DNA from: Nemertoderma westbladi
Taxonomy: Eukaryota; Animalia; Xenacoelomorpha
Length of the DNA stretch: 33,410 nt
Assembly (NCBI GenBank): GCA_032718475.1
Contig: JAUCBJ010003854.1
Location: 1-33,410 of the forward strand
Reading direction: 5' to 3'
How positions within the stretch are numbered: the first letter of the stretch is position 1; the number at the start of each line of letters is the position of its first letter. The notes beneath the pieces were generated by a model, which made no database searches, was not told where the DNA came from, and saw only the letters and a program-made list of their open reading frames with translations. Position numbers and translations under genes: made by a program. Below, in pieces: positions 23,301 to 33,410 of the stretch.

Positions 23301-26300
23301 GGTAAGTTTATAACAACCGGAAGAGGTGAGTTTATAAGAACCGGAATAGGTAAGTTTATAAGAATCGGATGGAAGAGGTAAGTTTATAAGAACCGGATGG
23401 AAGATGTAAGTTTATAAGAACCGGATGGAAGAGGTAAGTTTATAACAACCGGAAGAGGTGAGTTTATAAGAACCGGAATAGGTAAGTTTATAAGAATCGG
23501 ATGGAAGAGGTAAGTTTATAAGAATCGGATGGAAGAGGTAAGTTTATAAGAACCGGAAGATGTAAGTTTATAAGAACCGGATGGAAGATGTAAGTTTATA
23601 AGAACCGGATAGAAGAGGTAAGTTTATAAGAATCGGAAGATGTAAGTTTTTTAAAAAACGGAAGAGGTGAGTTTATAAGAACCGGAATAGGTAAGTTTAT
23701 AAGAATCGGATGGAAGAGGTAAGTTTATAAGAACCGGATGGAAGAGGTAAGTTTATAACAACCGGAAGAGGTGAGTTTATAAGAACCGGAAGAGGTAAGT
23801 TTATAAGAACCGGATGGAAGAGGTAAGTTTATAAGAACCGGAAGATGTGAGTTCATATGAACCGGAAGAGGTAAGTTTATAAGAACCGGATGGAAGAGGT
23901 AAGTTTATAAGAACCGGAAGATGTGAGTTCATATGAACCGGAAGAGGTAAGTTTATAAGAACCGGAATAGGTAAGTTTATAAGAACCGGATGGAAGAGGT
24001 AAGTTTATAAGGATCGGAAGAGGTAAGTTTATAAGAACCGGAAGAGGTAAGTTTATAAGAACCGGACGAGGTAAGTTTATAAGGATCGGAAGAGGTAAGT
24101 TTATAAGAACCGGAAGATGTAAGTTTATAAGAACCGGACGAGGTAAGTTTATAAGGATCGGAAGAGGTAAGTTTATAAGAACCGGAAGAGGTAAGTTTAT
24201 AAGAATCGGAAGATGTAAGTTTATAAGAACCGGAAGATGTAAGTTTATAAGAACCGGAAGATGTAAGTTTATAAGAACCGGACGAGGTAAGTTTATAAGG
24301 ATCGGAAGAGGTAAGTTTATAAGAACCGGAAGAGGTAAGTTTATAAGAATCGGAAGATGTAAGTTTATAAGAACCGGAAGATGTAAGTTTATAAGAACCG
24401 GACGAGGTAAGTTTATAAGGATCGGAAGAGGTAAGTTTATAAGGATCGGAAGAGGTAAGTTTATAAGAACCGGAAGAGGTAAGTTTATAAGAACCGGAAG
24501 ATGTAAGTTTATAAGAACCGGACGAGGTAAGTTTATAAGGATCGGAAGAGGTAAGTTTATAAGAACCGGAAGATGTAAGTTTATAAGAACCGGACGAGGT
24601 AAGTTTATAAGGATCGGAAGAGGTAAGTTTATAAGAACCGGAAGAGGTAAGTTTATAAGAATCGGAAGATGTAAGTTTATAAGAACCGGATGAGGTAAGT
24701 TTATAAGAACCGGAAGAGGTAAGTTTATAAGAACCGGAAGAGGTAAGTTTATAGAACCGGAAGATGTAAGTTTATAAGAACCGGAAGATGTAAGATTATA
24801 AGAACCGGAAGATGTAAGTTTATAAGAACCGGAAGAGGTAAGTTTATAAGAACCGGATGAGGTAAGTTTATAAGAACCGGAAGATGTAAGTTTATAAGAA
24901 CCGGACGAGGTAAGTTTATAAGAACCGGAAGAGGTAAGTTTATAAGAAACGGATGAGGTAAGTTTATAAGAACCGGATGAGGTAAGTTTATAAGAACCGG
25001 AAGATGTAAGTTTATAAGAACCGGACGAGGTAAGTTTATAAGAACCGGAAGAGGTAAGTTTATAGAACCGGAAGATGTAAGTTTATAAGAACCGGAAGAT
25101 GTAAGATTATAAGAACCGGAAGATGTAAGTTTATAAGAACCGGAAGAGGTAAGTTTATAAGAACCGGAAGATGCAAGTTTATAAGAAACGGATGAGGTAA
25201 GTTTATAAGAACCGGATGAGGTAAGTTTATAAGAACCGGATGAGGTAAGTTTATAAGAACCGGAAGAGGTAAGTTTATAAGAACCGGAAGAGGTAAGTTT
25301 ATAAGAACCGGAAGATGTAAGTTTATAAGAACCGGAAGATGCAAGTTTATAAGAAACGGATGAGGTAAGTTTATAAGAACCGGATGAGGTAAGTTTATAA
25401 GAACCGGATGAGGTAAGTTTATAAGAAACGGATGAGGTAAGTTTATAAGAACCGGATGAGGTAAGTTTATAAGAACCGGATGAGGTAAGTTTATAAGAAC
25501 CGGAAGAGGTAAGTTTATAAGAACCGGAAGATGTAAGTTTATAAGAACCGGACGAGGTAAGTTTATAAGGATCGGAAGAGGTAAGTTTATAAGAACCGGA
25601 AGATGTAAGTTTATAAGAACCGGACGAGGTAAGTTTATAAGGATCGGAAGAGGTAAGTTTATAAGAACCGGAAGAGGTAAGTTTATAAGAATCGGAAGAT
25701 GTAAGTTTATAAGAACCGGATGAGGTAAGTTTATAAGAACCGGAAGAGGTAAGTTTATAAGAACCGGAAGAGGTAAGTTTATAGAACCGGAAGATGTAAG
25801 TTTATAAGAACCGGAAGATGTAAGATTATAAGAACCGGAAGATGTAAGTTTATAAGAACCGGAAGAGGTAAGTTTATAAGAACCGGAAGATGCAAGTTTA
25901 TAAGAAACGGATGAGGTAAGTTTATAAGAACCGGATGAGGTAAGTTTATAAGAACCGGATGAGGTAAGTTTATAAGAACCGGAAGAGGTAAGTTTATAAG
26001 AACCGGAAGAGGTAAGTTTATAGAACCGGAAGATGTAAGTTTATAAGAACCGGAAGATGTAAGATTATAAGAACCGGAAGATGTAAGTTTATAAGAACCG
26101 GACGAGGTAAGTTTATAAGGATCGGAAGAGGTAAGTTTATAAGGATCGGAAGAGGTAAGTTTATAAGAACCGGAAGAGGTAAGTTTATAAGAATCGGAAG
26201 ATGTAAGTTTATAAGAACCGGAAGATGTAAGTTTATAAGAACCGGACGAGGTAAGTTTATAAGGATCGGAAGAGGTAAGTTTATAAGAACCGGATGGAAG

Positions 26301-29300
26301 AGGTAAGTTTATAAGAACCGGAAGATGTAAGTTTATAAGAACCGGACGAGGTAAGTTTTTAAGAACTGGAAGATGTAAGTTTATAAGAACCGGAAGAGGT
26401 AAGTTTATAAGAACCGGACGAGGTAAGTTTATAAGGATCGGAAGAGGTAAGTTTATAAGAACCGGAAGAGGTAAGTTTATAAGAATCGGAAGATGTAAGA
26501 TTATAAGAACCGGAAGAGGTAAGTTTATAAGAACCGGAAGAGGTAAGTTTATAAGAACCGGATGTGAGGTAAGTTTATAAGAACCGGAAGATGTAAGTTT
26601 TTAAGAACTGGAAGATGTAAGTTTATAAGAACCGAACGAGGTAAGTTTATAGAACCGGAAGAGGTAAGTTTATAAGAACTGGAAGAGGTAAGTTTATAAG
26701 AACCGGATGGAAGAGGTAAGTTTATAAGAACCGGATGTGAGGTAAGTTTATAAGAACCGGAAGATGTAAGTTTTTAAGAACTGGAAGATGTAAGTTTATA
26801 AGGATCGGAAGATGTAAGTTTATAACAACCGGAAGAGGTGAGTTTATAAGAACCGGAATAGGTAAGTTTATAAGAATCGGATGGAAGAGGTAAGTTTATA
26901 AGAACCGGATGGAAGAGGTAAGTTTATAACAACCGGAAGAGGTGAGTTTATAAGAACCGGAATAGGTAAGTTTATAAGAATCGGATGGAAGAGGTAAGTT
27001 TATAAGAACCGGATGGAAGAGGTAAGTTTATAAGAACCGGATGTGAGGTAAGTTTATAAGAACCGGAAGATGTAAGTTTTTAAGAACTGGAAGATGTAAG
27101 TTTATAAGGATCGGAAGATGTAAGTTTATAACAACCGGAAGAGGTGAGTTTATAAGAACCGGAATAGGTAAGTTTATAAGAATCGGATGGAAGAGGTAAG
27201 TTTATAAGAACCGGATCGGAAGAGGTAAGTTTATAAGAACCGGATGGAAGAGGTAAGTTTATAAGAACCGGATGGAAGAGGTAAGTTTATAACAACCGGA
27301 AGAGGTGAGTTTATAAGAACCGGAATAGGTAAGTTTATAAGAATCGGATGGAAGAGGTAAGTTTATAAGAACCGGATGGAAGATGTAAGTTTATAAGAAC
27401 CGGATGGAAGAGGTAAGTTTATAACAACCGGAAGAGGTGAGTTTATAAGAACCGGAATAGGTAAGTTTATAAGAATCGGATGGAAGAGGTAAGTTTATAA
27501 GAACCGGATGGAAGAGGTAAGTTTATAAGAATCGGATGGAAGAGGTAAGTTTATAAGAACCGGAAGATGTAAGTTTATAAGAACCGGATGGAAGATGTAA
27601 GTTTATAAGAACCGGATAGAAGAGGTAAGTTTATAAGAATCGGAAGATGTAAGTTTTTTAAAAAACGGAAGAGGTGAGTTTATAAGAACCGGAATAGGTA
27701 AGTTTATAAGAATCGGATGGAAGAGGTAAGTTTATAAGAACCGGATGGAAGAGGTAAGTTTATAACAACCGGAAGAGGTGAGTTTATAAGAACCGGAATA
27801 GGTAAGTTTATAAGAACCGGATGGAAGAGGTAAGTTTATAAGAACCGGAAGATGTGAGTTCATATGAACCGGAAGAGGTAAGTTTATAAGAACCGGAATA
27901 GGTAAGTTTATAAGAACCGGATGGAAGAGGTAAGTTTATAAGAACCGGATGGAAGATGTAAGTTTATAAGAACCGGAAGATGTAAGTTTATAAGAACCGG
28001 AAGATATAAGTTTATAAGAACTGGAAGATGTAAGTTTATAAGAATCGGAAGATGTAAGTTTATAAGAACCGTAAGATGTAAGTTTATAAGAATCGGAAGA
28101 TGTAAGTTTATAAGAACCGGAAGATGTAAGTTTATAAGAACCGGAAGATGTAAGTTTATAAGAACCGGAATAGGTAAGTTTATAAGAACCGGATGGAAGA
28201 GGTAAGTTTATAAGAACCGGATCGGAAGAGGTAAGTTTATAAGAACCGGAAGAGGTAAGTTTATAAGAACCGGAATAGGTAAGTTTATAAGAACCGGATG
28301 GAAGAGGTAAGTTTATAGAACCGGAAGATGTAAGTTTATAAGAACCGGAAGAGGTAAGTTTATAGAACCGAACGAGGTAAGTTTATAAGAACCGGATGGA
28401 AGAGGTAAGTTTATAGAACCGGAAGAGGTGAGTTTATAAGAACCGGAATAGGTAAGTTTATAAGAACCGGATGGAAGAGGTAAGTTTATAACAACCGGAA
28501 GAGGTGCGTTTATAAGAACCGGATGAGGTAAGTTTATAGAACCGAACGAGGTAAGTTTATAAGAACCGGAAGAGGTAAGTTTATAAGAACCGGAAGAGGT
28601 GAGTTTATAAGAACCGGAATAGGTAAGTTTATAAGAACCGGATGGAAGAGGTAAGTTTATAGAACCGGAAGATGTAAGTTTATAAGAACCGGAAGAGGTA
28701 AGTTTATAGAACCGAACGAGGTAAGTTTATAAGAACCGGATGGAAGAGGTAAGTTTATAGAACCGGAAGAGGTGAGTTTATAAGAACCGGAATAGGTAAG
28801 TTTATAAGAACCGGATGGAAGAGGTAAGTTTATAGAACCGGAAGATGTAAGTTTATAAGAACCGGAAGAGGTAAGTTTATAGAACCGAACGAGGTAAGTT
28901 TATAAGAACCGGATGGAAGAGGTAAGTTTATAGAACCGGAAGATGTAAGTTTATAAGAACCGGAAGAGGTAAGTTTATAGAACCGAACGAGGTAAGTTTA
29001 TAAGAACCGGATGGAAGAGGTAAGTTCATAGAACCGGAAGAGGTGAGTTTATAAGAACCGGAAGATGTAAGTTTATAAGAACCGGATCGGAAGAGGTAAG
29101 TTTATAAGAACCGGAAGATGTAAGTTTATAAGAACCGGAAGAGGTAAGTTTATAAGAACCGGATGAGGTAAGTTTATAAGAACCGGAAGATGTAAGTTTA
29201 TAAGAACCGGATGGAAGAGGTAAGTTTATAGAACCGGAAGATGTAAGTTTATAAGAACCGGAAGAGGTAAGTTTATAGAACCGAACGAGGTAAGTTTATA

Positions 29301-31687
29301 AGAACCGGAAGAGGTAAGTTTATAAGAACCGGAATAGGTAAGTTTATAAGAACCGGAAGAGGTAAGTTTATAGAACCGGAAGAGGTAAGTTTATAAGAAC
29401 CGGAAGAGGTGAGTTTATAAGAACCGGAATAGGTAAGTTTATAAGAACCGGATGGAAGAGGTAAGTTTATAGAACCGGAAGATGTAAGTTTATAAGAACC
29501 GGAAGAGGTAAGTTTATAGAACCGAACGAGGTAAGTTTATAAGAACCGGAAGAGGTAAGTTTATAAGAACCGGAATAGGTAAGTTTATAAGAACCGGAAG
29601 AGGTAAGTTTATAGAACCGGAAGAGGTAAGTTTATAAGAACCGGAAGAGGTGAGTTTATAAGAACCGGAATAGGTAAGTTTATAAGAACCGGATGGAAGA
29701 GGTAAGTTTATAGAACCGGAAGATGTAAGTTTATAGAACCGGAAGAGGTAAGTTTATAAGAACCGGAAGAGGTGAGTTTATAAGAACCGGAATAGGTAAG
29801 TTTATAAGAACCGGATGGAAGAGGTAAGTTTATAGAACCGGAAGATGTAAGTTTATAAGAACCGGAAGAGGTGAGTTTATAAGAACCGGAATAGGTAAGT
29901 TTATAAGAACCGGATGGAAGAGGTAAGTTTATAGAACCGGAAGATGTAAGTTTATAAGAACCGGAAGAGGTAAGTTTATAGAACCGAACGAGGTAAGTTT
30001 ATAAGAACCGGAAGAGGTAAGTTTATAAGAACCGGAAGAGGTGAGTTTATAAGAACCGGAATAGGTAAGTTTATAAGAACCGGATGGAAGAGGTAAGTTT
30101 ATAGAACCGGAAGATGTAAGTTTATAAGAACCGGAAGAGGTAAGTTTATAGAACCGAACGAGGTAAGTTTATAAGAACCGAACGAGGTAAGTTTATAAGA
30201 ACCGGAAGAGGTAAGTTTATAGAACCGGAAGAGGTAAGTTTATAAGAACCGGAAGAGGTGAGTTTATAAGAACCGGAATAGGTAAGTTTATAAGAACCGG
30301 ATGGAAGAGGTAAGTTTATAGAACCGGAAGATGTAAGTTTATAAGAACCGGAAGAGGTAAGTTTATAGAACCGAACGAGGTAAGTTTATAAGAACCGGAA
30401 GAGGTAAGTTTATAAGAACCGGAAGAGGTGAGTTTATAAGAACCGGAATAGGTAAGTTTATAAGAACCGGATGGAAGAGGTAAGTTTATAGAACCGGAAG
30501 ATGTAAGTTTATAAGAACCGGATGAGGTAAGTTTATAGAACCGAACGAGGTAAGTTTATAAGAACCGGAAGAGGTAAGTTTATAAGAACCGGAAGAGGTG
30601 AGTTTATAAGAACCGGAATAGGTAAGTTTATAAGAACCGGAAGAGGTAAGTTTATAAGAACCGGATGGAAGAGGTAAATTTATAAGAACCGGAAGATGTA
30701 AGTTTATAAGAACCGGAAGAGGTAAGTTTATAAGAACCGGAAGAGGTAAATTTATAAGAACCGGAAGATGTAAGTTTATAAGAACCGGAAGATGTAAGTT
30801 TATAAGAACCGGACGAGGTAAGTTTATAAGGATCGGAAGAGGTAAATTTATAGAACCGGAAGAGGTAAGTTTATAAGAACCGGACGAGGTAAGTTTATAA
30901 GGATCGGAAGAGGTAAATTTATAAGAACCGGATCGGAAGAGGTAAATTTATAAGAACCGGAAGATGTAAGTTTATAAGAACCGGAAGAGGTAAGTTTATA
31001 AGAACCGAACGAGGTAAGTTTATAAGAACCGGATGGAAGAGGTAAATTTATAAGAACCGGATCGGAAGAGGTAAATTTATAAGAACCGGAAGATGTAAGT
31101 TTATAAGAACCGGACGAGGTAAGTTTATAAGAACCGGATAGGTAAGTTTATAAGAACCGGATCGGAAGAGGTAAATTTATAAGAACCGGAAGATGTAAGT
31201 TTATAAGAACCGGACGAGGTAAGTTATAAGAACCGGATAGGTAAGTTTATAAGAACCGGATGGAAGAGGTAAATTTATAAGAACCGGATCGGAAGAGGTA
31301 AGTTTATAACAACCGGAAGAGGTAAGTTTTTAAGAACTGGAAGATGTAAGTTTATAACAACCGGAAGAGGTGAGTTTATAAGAACCGGAATAGGTAAGTT
31401 TATAAGAATCGGATGGAAGAGGTAAGTTTATAAGAACCGGATGGAAGAGGTAAGTTTATAAGAACCGGAAGAGGTAAGTTTATAAGAACCGGAAGAGGTG
31501 AGTTCATATGAACCGGAAGAGGTAAGTTTATAAGAACCGGAATAGGTAAGTTTATAAGAATCGGATGGAAGAGGTAAGTTTATAAGAACCGGATGGAAGA
31601 GGTAAGTTTATAAGAACCGGAAGAGGTAAGTTTATAAGAACTGGATGGAAGAGGTAAGTTTATAAGAACCGGACTAGGTAAGTTTAT
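11366..31687 (+). repeat. ~20.3-kb tandem array of 23-28-bp units (main 24-mer TATAAGAACCGGAAGAGGTAAGTT), roughly 800-850 copies, derived from the exon 1/intron 1 junction
   Basis: First unit (28 bp, 11366-11393) is the last 7 codons of the exon plus 7 nt of intron. Copy number is estimated as length divided by unit size. Confidence 0.97.
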
Positions 31688-32769
31688 GTTGGAGTTTGAG
31701 CACAGCTTGCCTCATTTCATAGCACTCCGTGTCGAACCAAGGTTTGGAGTGTCGAGTTGATCAGCGCTTTGGGGGTGCGGAGTCCTTAATCGCTGTGGTT
31801 AAAGACTCGTACGCACAATTAATATCCCCGTCTTGAAGCTTGAGAGCGGCAATATTGAGCCTAGCATCTGCCCCCAGCCTTAGAAGATCGACTTTCCTTG
31901 TTGGTTTAGGCGCGTTAATATCTTGTGGTACTGGAACCATTGACTCCCATGAAGCTTTTATCGGCACATGTTTGCGCAGAGGAACTTTTAACAGATCGAC
32001 CGATTTAGCCACGTTGTTGCTGTAGATTAAATCGATCACGCTATTGCCGTTATGACAGTAGTAAATGGGCTTGCTGGAATCGGTTTGTAAAGTGACACCT
32101 TGGTCTGCCATTATGGTTTCCAGAGGAACCCTTCTTTGGTGGTCAGTAATGTCCATTCTGGTGTTAAAATCTCCACCAATGAACACCGGACCGGACTCTG
32201 GGATAATGTCTAGCATCGATAGGACTCCTACGATGAAGTCCTCAAGGTCGAGATCTGGGGAAAAGTAACAACATGCGAAAGTTCCAATTAGACAGCTGAT
32301 AACAACATAATGTTTCTCGGATACCAGTAACCTTGGGTTTAGGGTTTAGGCATGGTTTTACCGCAATGATGATTCCACCAGCTGGTCTTCCCAGCCCCGA
32401 ATTTTTGACAGCGAGTGACTCAAAAACATAGTACCCGTGTAAACTGGTGCTTACGGTCGCCATTGTTTCGGTTAATAGGATAACGTCCGGAGCCGTTAGA
32501 ATATCCGATTGGATAAGTGACAATACCGAGACAATTCCTTCTACGTTCCATAGAAGCATTGAAGTTAGAGTGGAAGGGGAGCCAGATGCTTCTGGAGGGT
32601 GAGTTTCAACCGGAGAGACATGAGGAAAACAAGCAGCAGTGGTAACAGGGGTGGTTATCAGTCCCCCGACTGATAACCCGACTGAGTCGAAGCTGGCATA
32701 TCCGCGCGCGGCCTTCTTCGACCACCATAGCGAACGCGTTCGTCCTCTGCCAGCTGTTAATTTCTTATT
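31688..32769 (-). mobile_element. Internal fragment of a non-LTR retrotransposon: possible ORF1 end plus ORF2 APE endonuclease and linker; no RT or tail
   Basis: MLLWNVEG, DVILLTET, GRPAGGI, [frameshift ~32310] CYFSP, IGGDFN, YYCHNGNSVIDL, KHVPI, then a stop and KPWFDTEC. Confidence 0.9.
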
Positions 32770-32920
32770 GATGTAAGATGTAAGTTTATAAGAACCGGCA
32801 GATGTAAGTTTATAAGAACCGGCAGATAGGTAAGTTTATAAGAACCGGAAGAGGCAAGTTTATAAGAACCGGATGAGGTAAGTTTATATGAACCGTAATA
32901 GATGAGTAAATCTGTAAGAA
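32770..32920 (+). repeat. Terminal ~6 increasingly degenerate units of the splice-donor satellite
   Basis: GTAAGTTTATAAGAACCGG units resume after the LINE fragment and decay to GAGTAAATCTGTAAGAAC. Confidence 0.88.
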
Positions 32921-32996
32921 CTTGTCCTATAAAATATATTTTTAGGGAAGGTCGTAAAGTAGACGAGCTTAACGAGCAGTTATTATTATTTAACAG

Positions 32997-33173
32997 TTTG
33001 AGAAGCAATCCACATCTAAACTTCACCAACAACTTCACGATATAACGACGGCGCATAACAGATTACTAAAAGACGAACTGGAGACACAGAAGGAAGATTA
33101 CGAACATAAACTCCGACAGACTTTAGTTCAACAAAAAGATGCTTTGGAGAGTCAGTACCACAACGAGTTGCAG
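32997..33173 (+). CDS. MIC60: Exon 2 (59 codons) of the Mic60-like gene; not in the ORF track
   Basis: FEKQSTSKLHQQLHDITTAHNRLLKDELETQKEDYEHKLRQTLVQQKDALESQYHNELQ, resembling mitofilin QLRRQAAAHTDHLRDVL..Q. Acceptor CAG at 32994-32996. Probable donor CAG|GTTTGG at 33174, followed by AT-rich intron-like DNA. Confidence 0.75.
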
Positions 33174-33410
33174 GTTTGGATATCCGGGAACGCAAATATT
33201 ATATTATATATAAAGTCGTGACAAATTCGGGGGACAATATGCCCTGGGTAATATATTGCTAATTAAATAAGCTCGTTTCTTACTAACAACGCATTCAACT
33301 CACTCAACTCATTCACTTGTTATATACATAAATAATAACAGATTTTGTATATCTAAGTCCGTTTTATTTATTTACAAATATTTATTTATTAAAAATATTA
33401 AATTATTTTG

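Larger units (their letters stand above)
11387..32996 (+). other. Intron 1 of the Mic60-like gene, 21,610 bp, phase 0 (GT...AG)
   Basis: Donor GTAAGT at 11387, acceptor TTATTTAACAG ending 32996. Splicing gives an in-frame ...YKNRMEE|FEKQSTSK... Confidence 0.8.

Noticed and set aside
14756-25344. Minus-strand ORFs (LPVLINLH)n at 14756-15187 and 25060-25344, also 32757-33056, resembling leucine-rich repeats
   Set aside because: They are translations of the stop-free frame of the 24-bp satellite and break at every 23/26/28-bp unit.
11366-31687. CRISPR array
   Set aside because: Units are contiguous with no unique spacers, there are no cas genes, and the context is eukaryotic.
11387-31687. Recursive-splicing (AG|GT ratchet) sites
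   Set aside because: AGGT is present, but it is preceded by purine-rich sequence with GAG and no polypyrimidine tract, a poor acceptor. Not excluded experimentally but unsupported.

Overview
Eukaryotic (probably invertebrate) genomic DNA in two parts. (1) 1-8914 is the 3' part of a decayed BEL/Pao LTR retrotransposon: RNase H, integrase, polypurine tract and 3' LTR. It appears to have inserted into a CR1-group LINE reverse transcriptase (RT) fragment at 8915-9599. Between integrase and LTR lies ~6 kb holding a purine-rich minisatellite and one long accessory frame (3591-7537, ~842 aa reconstructed). That frame has a DEDDy/WRN-like 3'-5' exonuclease, three CCHC zinc knuckles and a basic NLS-like tail. 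It is broken by four in-frame stops and a 1410-bp hAT-type foldback element with an 8-bp target-site duplication (TSD). (2) 10178-33173 holds two exons of a Mic60/mitofilin-like gene. Its 21.6-kb intron is almost entirely ~800+ tandem copies of the gene's own exon-end plus 5' splice donor (TATAAGAACCGG[ATGG]AAGAG|GTAAGTT), interrupted near its end by a doubly truncated LINE endonuclease fragment. The two standout observations are the splice-donor satellite intron and the exonuclease/zinc-knuckle cargo ORF. All calls come from reading motifs by eye; no searches were run.
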